A DNA stretch of 11,335 bases from an archaeon (GCA_038046625.1 JBBSVV010000035.1:1-11335), one strand, 5' to 3'; counted from the stretch's first letter, positions 1 to 7,295 are shown. Program-made: numbers and translations. Notes: generated by a model not told the origin, from the sequence alone.

Positions 1-1684
1 CCTCGGGGGTTATGACGTTCAACTGGGCACTTGCTTCTCCTTTATTGCCGAGTGCATCGGAAACCGAGGCTTTCACAGAGAGTGCGCCGAAGCCCAGTGA
101 CTGGCTTGTCTGCTGCCTGTAAAAAAAGTTGCCGAAGGAATCGCTCTGGGCGCTACCACCGGAAAAAGCGCTTTTCTGGCTTGTCCCCGAATCGGGGTTT
201 GAGAAGCCCTCTATCAAGACCGTTCCCTGCACTGGCATTCCTTTTCTTGATACGTTTCCGGTAACCACAATGCTGTCGCCGGGAACTATTTCTGTTTGTT
301 CCGCACTGAGCCGCACATCAAGGCGGGGAATTATTTTCGCGTAAAGGAAGATGCTCTGCCTTTTCGGAATGCTGCTCTCAACCGCAATCATCTGGGTTCC
401 CGCGTTCTCCGCGGAAACGGGAATGCTTTTCCCGAAAATCCCGTCACCGGCCTTTGAATCGTTATTCCTTCCGTCATCAAGCAGCGTTTCGTTGCCAAAA
501 AATCCCGTTGCGGTTACGGTTGCGCCCTTCTCGGTTTGGATTATGAGGTTCATTGAGTCGCCTGAAACAAAATAGTCCTGCTGCCCTGGGGAAACAACAA
601 TCATTGAAACGCCGGAGCAGTCCTCATTGCATGTTTCGCCCTGTTCACAGAGGCCGTTGCCGCAGCAGTTGTCCTTTTCCTTTTCAACGCAGCTTTTTCC
701 CGTGCACTCTATTACGCGGCACCCGGTTTCGCTTATGGTTGTGTTGACGAGTTCGGTGTTCATGCAGTAAGAATAGCATGTTCCAGCATACTCGCATTTC
801 TCGCGCGTCTTGTCGTTGCCGTCGTTGCACGCGGCATCATTGGAACACGCTGTCCGGCAGATTGTATTGGCGCAGTATGAGGTGCATGTGCCGATGTTTT
901 CGCACACGTCAAGCGTTAATGGGTTTTCGTCGGAGCAGTCGGAATTGTATACGCAGCCCGGCTCGCACTGGGCATGGGTGCATGAAGCCTGGCAGGTTCC
1001 TGCGTTGAGGCATGTGTCCTCAGTATAGGGGTTTGAATCCGCACATGAAGCGTTGCTTGTGCACGCTATTTCTGATTCGCCGCACTGCGTGATTGCAATG
1101 AGCGCCGTGCTCTTCACGCCAAGCGCGGAAAATTTGCCGCCGTCCGGAGAAACCCACTCGGATTTTGAGGTTACGGAAGACCCGTCAAGGGTTATTTTAG
1201 CGCCTTTGCCGTCCGCATAGAGAACGAACTTGAGCCTGTGGCCTGAAGCAATTGTTACGGGCTGCGGAAGCACGGCGCTTGACTCGCCTTCTTGAACGCC
1301 TTCTCCTTTGGCGAGAAACCTGCTTTCGAGGCTCTTTGGGTCGAAATCATAGAGTTCCCACGAGATTTCTGCCGAAGGCGCTTCAAGGCCATTGGACCAG
1401 AAGGTTACGCCCCTGTACAGCTGCACCGCGGAAGCAAAAGCCGCGGAGTACCATCTCCCGATTACTCCGCCTTCGCCTGCGGAGAAAACGCTTTCTGATG
1501 AGGAGGCATTCGGGGAGGTTGAAGTGAGGAAGTTTGCCCTGTAGCCCTCAATGAGGTTCGTGAAGTCGTTTCCACGGAGCCAGTAAGCGGTTTCGGAGAA
1601 AGCGAACGAGCATAAAATGGCGAGGAAAAAAATAATGAAGAATCCACGCCTAAAGGCGCGGGCTTCTTCTGGTTTAACCGTCAA
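1..1684 (-). CDS. Secreted Cys-rich repeat surface protein, paralog of 1758..4658 (3'-truncated by window edge, >=561 aa)
   Basis: Manual translation gives an open frame from TTG at 1684 (SD GGTGA at 1695-1691; in-frame TGA at 1693-1691 blocks extension upstream) to the window edge: MTVKPEEARAFRRGFFIIFFLAILCSFAFSETAYWLRGND...ELYDFDP...GHRLKFVLY...three 36-aa Cys repeats...CCGNGLCEQGETCNEDC...GFFGNETLLDDGRNNDSKAGDGIFG...DALGNKGEASAQLNVITPE. Collinear with the 966-aa protein (TAFWLRGND, LYDYDP, HHLKLLIEY, GFFGDIPLYNDGRHDD, DANRNVG). N-terminal basic plus hydrophobic signal peptide. Confidence 0.9.
   Translation of the reverse strand, partial: MTVKPEEARAFRRGFFIIFFLAILCSFAFSETAYWLRGNDFTNLIEGYRANFLTSTSPNASSSESVFSAGEGGVIGRWYSAAFASAVQLYRGVTFWSNGLEAPSAEISWELYDFDPKSLESRFLAKGEGVQEGESSAVLPQPVTIASGHRLKFVLYADGKGAKITLDGSSVTSKSEWVSPDGGKFSALGVKSTALIAITQCGESEIACTSNASCADSNPYTEDTCLNAGTCQASCTHAQCEPGCVYNSDCSDENPLTLDVCENIGTCTSYCANTICRTACSNDAACNDGNDKTREKCEYAGTCYSYCMNTELVNTTISETGCRVIECTGKSCVEKEKDNCCGNGLCEQGETCNEDCSGVSMIVVSPGQQDYFVSGDSMNLIIQTEKGATVTATGFFGNETLLDDGRNNDSKAGDGIFGKSIPVSAENAGTQMIAVESSIPKRQSIFLYAKIIPRLDVRLSAEQTEIVPGDSIVVTGNVSRKGMPVQGTVLIEGFSNPDSGTSQKSAFSGGSAQSDSFGNFFYRQQTSQSLGFGALSVKASVSDALGNKGEASAQLNVITPE
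617..1084 (-). repeat. Protein-level tandem Cys repeats (3 x ~36 aa) plus one CGNG-x-C module
   Basis: IACTSNASCADSNPYTEDTCLNAGTCQASCTHAQCE / PGCVYNSDCSDENPLTLDVCENIGTCTSYCANTICR / TACSNDAACNDGNDKTREKCEYAGTCYSYCMNT; spacing C-x5-C-x10-C-x5-C-x3-C-x4-C (last Cys missing in unit 3). Confidence 0.85.
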
Positions 1685-1746
1685 CGGAAATCACCGCACA
1701 GGTGATTTGGGTTGGTGAATGCAAATGGCAAATGGTTCTTCGGCAT
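1681..1746 (-). CDS. Putative 21-aa coupling/leader ORF (MPKNHLPFAFTNPNHLCGDFR)
   Basis: ATG at 1746 lies 8 nt downstream of GAGGT (1759-1755, overlapping the upstream gene's stop); its TGA (1683-1681) overlaps the TTG start of the downstream gene (TTGA). No homology evidence; may not be translated. Confidence 0.3.
   Translation of the reverse strand: MPKNHLPFAFTNPNHLCGDFR
1688..1708 (-). promoter_or_regulatory. Perfect 8-bp hairpin sequestering the Shine-Dalgarno of the downstream paralog
   Basis: mRNA reads AAAUCACC-UGUGC-GGUGAUUU-CCG-UUG; the GGUGAU SD forms the 3' arm. Confidence 0.55.
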
Positions 1747-1757
1747 GCTGCATGACC

Positions 1758-4658
1758 TCACTTGGCCTCTTTTTCCGCCTTTGATTCGGCAAGCTTTATC
1801 GATTCCTTTGTTTCCTGCAGCTGCGCCTCGAACTCCTCCATGAACTTGTCATAGCCTTTCTTGTCCATGCTTCCATCCACAAAGTACTGTGTCTGCACGC
1901 CCCTGATTTTTGCTATGAGGCTTTTCTCCCTGCGCTTTAGCGACTCCAGACCGGCCGCTTTTTTCATGTAAAAGAATGCGGCAGCCAGGCATATGATAAG
2001 GAGCACGAGCACGGTTCCTATTGTGAGGCCCTGCGTCCTGATGGTGTAGAGGTATGAAGTGCCCGTAACATCAATTTCGGTTGAGGCCTCTCCCGTTCCC
2101 CCGGCTGAATCGTCCGCGCCGAAAGTTATGCTTAGGGTTCCCTTGTCCGACGGCTTGACGAAATATTTTGCCTCGTAAACGCCCTTCTCTATTCCCTTTA
2201 GCTTCAGGCTTTCATTGCCAACAAGAGCAAACACGTTCTCGGAAACAAAAGGCTCGCCGTTCTCGTATGTTGCCCTGACCCGGAGAGTAACGTCCTCTCC
2301 GGCCTCAAAGGATTTTCTTTCCGGCTCGATTTGTTCGAGAAGCACGCGTGACTTTAGGACCTGTATTTTTGCCTGCATTGAGCCCTGCCTGCTCTGGTTC
2401 ACTGCCTTTACCGTTATGCCGAGGTCTCCGGAATGGGTTTCCTGCGGAACAATGAATGTGCCTTCGTAACGCCCATCGCCCTTGTCCTCAAATCCAAATG
2501 AAATTCCCGAGGTGGTTTCTCCGTTGACCAACGCATCGGCAACGCCTTGGCCGCGCACGTCCTTCACATTCACAATGAGCTTCGCCTGCCTGGCCTTCTT
2601 GTAGGTTTCCTGTGTTGAGGGGTCAAGGGTTATGGTGAGGAAGTTTGTTGCCTCGGGGCTCAGCACCACAATCTGCTTCTGGTAGAAGCCCACATTCCTG
2701 TTGGCGTCAACGGCATGGAGAACAAGGGTGTAGTTGCCGTCCTGGTTGAGGAGCGTTGTCCTGTAGCTCGAGCCGAATGCCCCTCCAACTGAATTGATGT
2801 CCCCATGCTGCAGCAAATTATTTCCGAACATTAAATTCATGTCAATCGGCAGGTCAAGGGCCTCTGTTCCTTTGAGCGATAGCTTCCCCTCGAACTTGAG
2901 GTTGTCCCCAAGGACATAAATGTCCCTGTCAAACCCCACTGAAAAGGAGAGCTTTGGAACGATATTGATGAACGCAACCGCGGCCTGCGAATAATCCCCG
3001 ATTCGCGCGGTAATGGTTACGGGGTAGAGGCTTTGCTGCACATCCTTGCCCATCACGAAAGAGTTGGCGTAGAGGTTGTCGTTTCCCGTGCCGTCATCAT
3101 GGCGCCCGTCATTGTAAAGCGGAATGTCGCCGAAAAAACCGGAAGCCCGAATCGTTGCGTTGCCGATTTTTTCGCCGTCGACAAGGACTGTTGCCTTCAC
3201 GCTTACTGTTTCGCCGTGCACATAAAAATTGTCAGGAAAGCTCGCGGAAACCGTCATGGACCGCGGCGCGCAATCGGCCTCGCAGGAGAAATAGTTTTCG
3301 CCTGACTCGCATCTCCCGTTTCCGCACACGCCCAGCTTTATGGTCTGCTGGCAGCTGTTGCCGATGCATGCATACTCGTAAATGTCAGTGATGCTGCCGC
3401 CGCAAGAGCCGCAGTCGACCGCGCACGAGCATTCGCTCTCCCCGGAATCGCATACGCCGTTGCCGCATGAGGAAAGGCTTTCGCAAACCGCAGTGCATCT
3501 TCCCGCGCCAGCACAGACATCGGTTGTCAGGGAACTGCCGTCATCACAGTCCGGATTGCCTGAGCATATTGGGTTGCACGAAGCGTTGTTGCACGCGGCT
3601 TCGCACGTGCCCGGATTAAGGCAGACATCGTTTGTTATGGGGCTTGAGTCGTCGCATGAAGCGTTGCTTGTGCACGCGATTGCGCATTGCGTATTGATGC
3701 AGTAGGAGCCGCAGGTTCCGGAGTTGGCGCAGCTGTCGGTTGTCGTTGAAATGCCGTCATCACAGCCGGAACTGCCGGAACATATTGTTTCACATTGCCC
3801 TTCCTCAAGGATTATCTGCGGGCCGGATGTGTACTGGCACTGGCTTGCGCAGCTCCCGGGCTTTGTGCAGACTCCGTTTGCCTGCCCACCGCAGTCCGTG
3901 TTTGAGCTGCAGGAAATCGTGCAGTTCGGCAATTCGCTGCTGCAGAACGAGCTGTATGTTCCCGCGTAATAACAGATGTCAATTGTTTGGGGGTTTGAAT
4001 CCGCGCATTGGATACTGCCAATGCACGCTATGCTCGGCAGGCCGGAGGCATTAATGAGCAGCGCTCCGGAATTTTTCACGCCATCGGCCTGATAATTCTG
4101 GCTGTCGGGTGCGTTCCACGAAAGCAGGCTGTCTGCCCGGCCCTCATCAAGCACAAGGCTAATCGGGGTTCCCGCGGGCGCATCATATTCAATGAGCAGC
4201 TTGAGGTGGTGGGTTCCGGTAACCGCAAAATTGCCGCTTATTGCGGCCGTGTCCTCATAGCTAAGGCCGTTCGGAATTGTTTTCCATTGGGACTGCACAA
4301 TCATGGAACTTGCGGAGGTTGACGGGTCGTAGTCATAAAGCGTGAACCGCATTTTTGCGTTCGGGTTCGTGGTTGTGGCGTTCGAGAACCACACCGAAAC
4401 GTTGCCTGAAAGAATTATGTCGGTTCCGAATGTCTCGTGGTAGAAGCGGGTCCATTCCGCGGCTCCGGAGGCGGCTGTTTTTGTTATAGTTGTTTTCGTG
4501 GAAAATTCATTGGGCGGAACATCGAAAACCGAGTAGTAAATGGAGTTTTCCGCGGAAACGGTTTCGTCGTTTCCGCGCAGCCAGAAGGCGGTGCCGGCAT
4601 GCGCAATGAAAGAGAAAACCATTATGAATACGAGTATGAGTGCCGGGCGGAAAGCCAT
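1758..4658 (-). CDS. Large membrane-anchored cell-surface protein (signal peptide, Cys-rich repeats, choice-of-anchor-X-like Asp/Gly motif, Ig-like beta domains, C-terminal TM helix, cytoplasmic helical tail)
   Basis: 966-aa ORF; signal peptide MAFRPALILVFIMVFSFIAHA; five Cys repeats and two CGNGxC modules; LYNDGRHDDGTGNDNLY motif; beta-rich repeats with GxYxxxF/Y motifs (GDGRYEGTF, EKGVYEAKY); TM segment LTIGTVLVLLIICLAAAFFY followed by MKK and a charged tail. Confidence 0.9.
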   Translation of the reverse strand: MAFRPALILVFIMVFSFIAHAGTAFWLRGNDETVSAENSIYYSVFDVPPNEFSTKTTITKTAASGAAEWTRFYHETFGTDIILSGNVSVWFSNATTTNPNAKMRFTLYDYDPSTSASSMIVQSQWKTIPNGLSYEDTAAISGNFAVTGTHHLKLLIEYDAPAGTPISLVLDEGRADSLLSWNAPDSQNYQADGVKNSGALLINASGLPSIACIGSIQCADSNPQTIDICYYAGTYSSFCSSELPNCTISCSSNTDCGGQANGVCTKPGSCASQCQYTSGPQIILEEGQCETICSGSSGCDDGISTTTDSCANSGTCGSYCINTQCAIACTSNASCDDSSPITNDVCLNPGTCEAACNNASCNPICSGNPDCDDGSSLTTDVCAGAGRCTAVCESLSSCGNGVCDSGESECSCAVDCGSCGGSITDIYEYACIGNSCQQTIKLGVCGNGRCESGENYFSCEADCAPRSMTVSASFPDNFYVHGETVSVKATVLVDGEKIGNATIRASGFFGDIPLYNDGRHDDGTGNDNLYANSFVMGKDVQQSLYPVTITARIGDYSQAAVAFINIVPKLSFSVGFDRDIYVLGDNLKFEGKLSLKGTEALDLPIDMNLMFGNNLLQHGDINSVGGAFGSSYRTTLLNQDGNYTLVLHAVDANRNVGFYQKQIVVLSPEATNFLTITLDPSTQETYKKARQAKLIVNVKDVRGQGVADALVNGETTSGISFGFEDKGDGRYEGTFIVPQETHSGDLGITVKAVNQSRQGSMQAKIQVLKSRVLLEQIEPERKSFEAGEDVTLRVRATYENGEPFVSENVFALVGNESLKLKGIEKGVYEAKYFVKPSDKGTLSITFGADDSAGGTGEASTEIDVTGTSYLYTIRTQGLTIGTVLVLLIICLAAAFFYMKKAAGLESLKRREKSLIAKIRGVQTQYFVDGSMDKKGYDKFMEEFEAQLQETKESIKLAESKAEKEAK
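3270..4031 (-). repeat. Protein-level tandem Cys repeats (5 units, first two degenerate) plus two CGNG-x-C modules
   Basis: e.g. TICSGSSGCDDGISTTTDSCANSGTCGSYCINTQCA / IACTSNASCDDSSPITNDVCLNPGTCEAACNNASCN / PICSGNPDCDDGSSLTTDVCAGAGRCTAVC; CGNGVCDSGESECSCAVDC and CGNGRCESGENYFSCEADC. Confidence 0.85.
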
Positions 4659-4667
4659 TTTTAATCC

Positions 4668-4703
4668 AATATATCAAGGCTTTCTCCTTTAAAAATATAT
4701 CAA
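4668..4703 (-). promoter_or_regulatory. Putative TATA promoter of the surface-protein operon flanked by 10-bp direct repeats
   Basis: Minus strand TTTTTAAA at 4695-4688 (30-37 nt before ATG 4658); TTGATATATT occurs at 4703-4694 and 4677-4668. Confidence 0.45.
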
Positions 4704-4747
4704 AAAAATAGTTATTTTTCACGCGGTATAACCGAGACCTGTTTGGG

Positions 4748-6109
4748 CTATAAAGCAATTTTTTTGCCTGAAAAAGATTCCATTTCCTCGAGGATTTCGG
4801 ATTTTACTTTTTCGAGGTCTTTTTTTGTTTTTCCCTCGAAGCGCATGATTATTTTTGGCTGCGTGTTTGACGCGCGGATGAGGCCCCACCCGTTTTCGAA
4901 AATTATGCGCGCGCCATCCACATCAATTACCCTGTATTTTTTCCTGAAGTGGTCCTGCGCCCTTTTAACGAACGCGAATTTTTCCGCGTCCGGAAAATCT
5001 ATACTGTACTCCGGCGAGGCGAAGTATGAGGGCATCTCGTTTATGAGTTCGCTCATTTTTTTATTTGAATTGGAGGCGATTTCAACTACTTTTGCGGCCG
5101 CGAGGAGCGCATCATCAAAGCCGAACCAGTTTTCCGCAAAATACATGTGCCCGGACATTTCGCCCGCGATAATCGCGTTTTCCTCCTTTATTTTTGCCTT
5201 TATGAGGCTGTGCCCTGTTTTCCACATTATCGGAATGCCGCCGTTCTTCCTTACCCATTCTTCTAGAGCCATTGAGCACTTCACTTCAAAAATCACCTTG
5301 GCGCCCTTGTTGCGCTGCAGGGCGTCCTTTGCAAGCAACCCCAATAATCTGTCACCGTAAATCAGGTTACCTTTCTCGTCAATGACGCCTAAACGATCCG
5401 CGTCCCCGTCGAAGCCTATTCCGAACTCCGCTTTCTCCGCAAGAACTTTTTTCTGCAGATCCATCATGTTCTCCTCTTTTACGGGATCAGGCAGATGGTT
5501 TGGAAAATTGGCGTCCTTTTCGCAGTAGAGGCAGCTCACTTCACAGCCGAGCTTTTTCAAAAGTGCGGGCGCCAGCTCGGAGGCCATTCCATTGCCGGCA
5601 TCAATGACAAGTTTCACTTTGCGCTTCACTTTCACGCGCGAAGCGATCGCGCCGATATATTCTTCGTCAATGTTTTTTTCCGAAATTTTTCCTTTTCCAT
5701 TTGCGAATTTTCTTTTCTGCGCCACGTTGTAAATGTTTTTTATTTCCTCCCCGTAAATGGCTTTTTTTCCAACCATTGCCTTGAAGCCGTTGTACTGCGG
5801 AGGGTTGTGTGATGCGGTAACACTGATGCCGCCATCCGCATTCAAAGTGTGGACAGCGTAATAGAATTCCGGGGTTGAAACCTCGCCCACGAAAATCACG
5901 CTGATGCCGGTGCTTGCGATTCCCTTCAAAAGCGCTTTGGTGATGCGCGGGCCGCTCTTGCGGTTATCTTTCCCGACAACTATTTCAGAACCGCCATTAT
6001 TATGTATAATGGTGCCGAATGCTTTTCCGACGAGTTCAGCGTCCTCGTCCGGAATTTCCTTGTCCGCTATGCCTCGGATATCGTACTCGCGGAAAATCTC
6101 GGGGTTCAT
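4748..6109 (-). CDS. Phosphomannomutase/phosphoglucomutase (alpha-D-phosphohexomutase, AlgC/ManB-like)
   Basis: 453 aa; N-terminal IFREYDIRG, catalytic phosphoserine loop VTASHNPPQYNG, FPNHLPDP, metal loop FDGDADR, sugar-binding GEMSGH, phosphate-binding RASNTQP. Confidence 0.95.
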   Translation of the reverse strand: MNPEIFREYDIRGIADKEIPDEDAELVGKAFGTIIHNNGGSEIVVGKDNRKSGPRITKALLKGIASTGISVIFVGEVSTPEFYYAVHTLNADGGISVTASHNPPQYNGFKAMVGKKAIYGEEIKNIYNVAQKRKFANGKGKISEKNIDEEYIGAIASRVKVKRKVKLVIDAGNGMASELAPALLKKLGCEVSCLYCEKDANFPNHLPDPVKEENMMDLQKKVLAEKAEFGIGFDGDADRLGVIDEKGNLIYGDRLLGLLAKDALQRNKGAKVIFEVKCSMALEEWVRKNGGIPIMWKTGHSLIKAKIKEENAIIAGEMSGHMYFAENWFGFDDALLAAAKVVEIASNSNKKMSELINEMPSYFASPEYSIDFPDAEKFAFVKRAQDHFRKKYRVIDVDGARIIFENGWGLIRASNTQPKIIMRFEGKTKKDLEKVKSEILEEMESFSGKKIAL

Positions 6110-6132
6110 GCGAATGAAAAAGCCTTGAAGTG

Positions 6133-6180
6133 TTTTTAATTGGTTCGGCGCGCGGCCGCTGAAACAAAACAGTTTTATGC
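6133..6180. promoter_or_regulatory. Divergent TATA-like boxes for the mutase gene (minus) and coaE (plus); probably leaderless mRNAs
   Basis: ATTAAAAA on minus at 6140-6133 (24-31 nt before ATG 6109); TTTTATGC on plus at 6173-6180 (22-29 nt before ATG 6202); neither start has an obvious SD. Confidence 0.4.
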
Positions 6181-6201
6181 TTTAAACCAGCAATTAGTGT
6201 T

Positions 6202-6783
6202 ATGCTTGTCGGAATCACAGGAAATTTTGTTTCAGGGAAAAGCGCCGTGGCCGCAATGCTGGGGTCCCGCGGTTACAGGACTGTTGACGCCGATGCCATT
6301 GCGAAAAACGTTTACAGGAAAAAAGGCGCGGCAAAATCAGTGGCTGGCATTTTCGGGAAAGGGGCCATGGCGCGCGGCAAAGTTGACACCACAGCCCTTG
6401 CGAAGCTTGCTTTCACGGATGCGGCAAAGCTAAAGAGGCTTAACCGCGCGGTCCATCCGCTTGTTGCGTCGGAAATAAAAAAAATTCTGCATAAAGGAAA
6501 AATTGTTTTTGTCGAGGTTCCATTGCTGTTCGAGGCGCGCATGGAAAGCCTTTTTGATTCCGTGATTCTGGTGAAATCTTCCCTGAAAAAGGCCATTGAG
6601 CGGGGGCGGGCAAGGGGTTTTTCCGCGCGCGAAATCGGGAGGAGGCGCTCGTTCCAGCAAAGCTGGAAAAAAAGCAAAAAAAAGGCGGATTTTGTTCTTG
6701 GCACGGGCGGCACAAAAGCGGAAACCAAAAAGCAGGCTGAAAAAATCGTCAAACAGCTTAATTCAATTTTGAGGAAGGGCTAA
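6202..6783 (+). CDS. coaE: Dephospho-CoA kinase (bacterial/eukaryotic CoaE family)
   Basis: 193 aa; VGITGNFVSGKS P-loop, VDADAIA, LNRAVHPLV, EVPLLFE, KADFVL; adjacent to coaD. Confidence 0.92.
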   Translation: MLVGITGNFVSGKSAVAAMLGSRGYRTVDADAIAKNVYRKKGAAKSVAGIFGKGAMARGKVDTTALAKLAFTDAAKLKRLNRAVHPLVASEIKKILHKGKIVFVEVPLLFEARMESLFDSVILVKSSLKKAIERGRARGFSAREIGRRRSFQQSWKKSKKKADFVLGTGGTKAETKKQAEKIVKQLNSILRKG

Positions 6784-6821
6784 TAAAATGTGCATGGGAA
6801 GAATTTAGTGAGGTTTGCTGA

Positions 6822-7295
6822 ATGAAGGCCGTTTATCCCGGGACTTTTGACCCTTTCACTTTGGGGCACTTGGATGTTGTGAAGCGCGGGCTGAAGCTTT
6901 TCGATTCTTTGGTTATTGCGGTTGCAGAGAATGAAAGCAAGAATCCCTTGTTTTCGGCTGATGAGCGCGTTGAAATGATCCGCGGGAGCGTGAATGGCCT
7001 CAAGGGGGTTGAAGTGAAGCATTTTGGCACCCTGCTCATTGATTTTGTGAAAAAGGAAAAGTCTTCCGTGATTCTGCGGGGGTTGCGCGAAACGAGCGAT
7101 TTTTCCGCGGAGTTTCAGCATTCCATAGTTAACCGCGTCATGGACCCGGCAATTGAAACTGTTTTTGTAATGACGAACCCCGAGTACTTTTACGTTACCT
7201 CGAGCCTGGTGAAGGAAATCGCGGCTTACGGGGGAAATACTGCGATGTTTGTTCCTGACCCGGTGCAGCAGAAACTGCGGAAAAAATTCCGGTAG
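6822..7295 (+). CDS. coaD: Phosphopantetheine adenylyltransferase (bacterial CoaD type)
   Basis: 157 aa; AVYPGTFDPFTLGHLDV (TxGH motif), KNPLFSADER, ILRGLR, IETVF, VTSSLVKEIA; SD GAGGT at 6810-6814. Confidence 0.96.
   Translation: MKAVYPGTFDPFTLGHLDVVKRGLKLFDSLVIAVAENESKNPLFSADERVEMIRGSVNGLKGVEVKHFGTLLIDFVKKEKSSVILRGLRETSDFSAEFQHSIVNRVMDPAIETVFVMTNPEYFYVTSSLVKEIAAYGGNTAMFVPDPVQQKLRKKFR

Noticed and set aside
31..1647. Short ORFs in the track (31..264, 129..344, 351..575, 553..747, 778..1008, 810..1028, 1252..1527, 1292..1498, 1462..1647)
   Set aside because: All are antisense or off-frame shadows of the continuous minus-strand CDS 1684 to <1, which is supported by paralogy.
1252..1700. Apparent gap that might hold an IS/TnpB remnant or ncRNA
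   Set aside because: It translates cleanly as the N-terminal domain of the second surface protein; no transposase motifs or terminal repeats seen.
1691..1753. ATG 1753 is in frame with the downstream paralog across a single TGA inside a hairpin (possible selenocysteine/readthrough or alternative code)
   Set aside because: TGA is the normal stop of several genes here (966-aa gene, pilin, antitoxin, ATPase), and TTG 1684 has its own SD and yields a proper signal peptide.
617..4031. Cys repeats as a CRISPR array, DGR template/variable repeat pair, or multiheme/Fe-S motifs
   Set aside because: Repeats are degenerate and in-frame coding; the identical tracts are short with no adenine-specific mismatch pattern and no reverse transcriptase in view; no CxxCH motifs, and the secreted context favours disulfides.
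2215..6752. Antisense/overlapping ORFs, including 4743..5360 (205 aa), 6312..6752 (146 aa) and 3382..3705
   Set aside because: They lie opposite or within well-supported genes and show no recognisable motifs.
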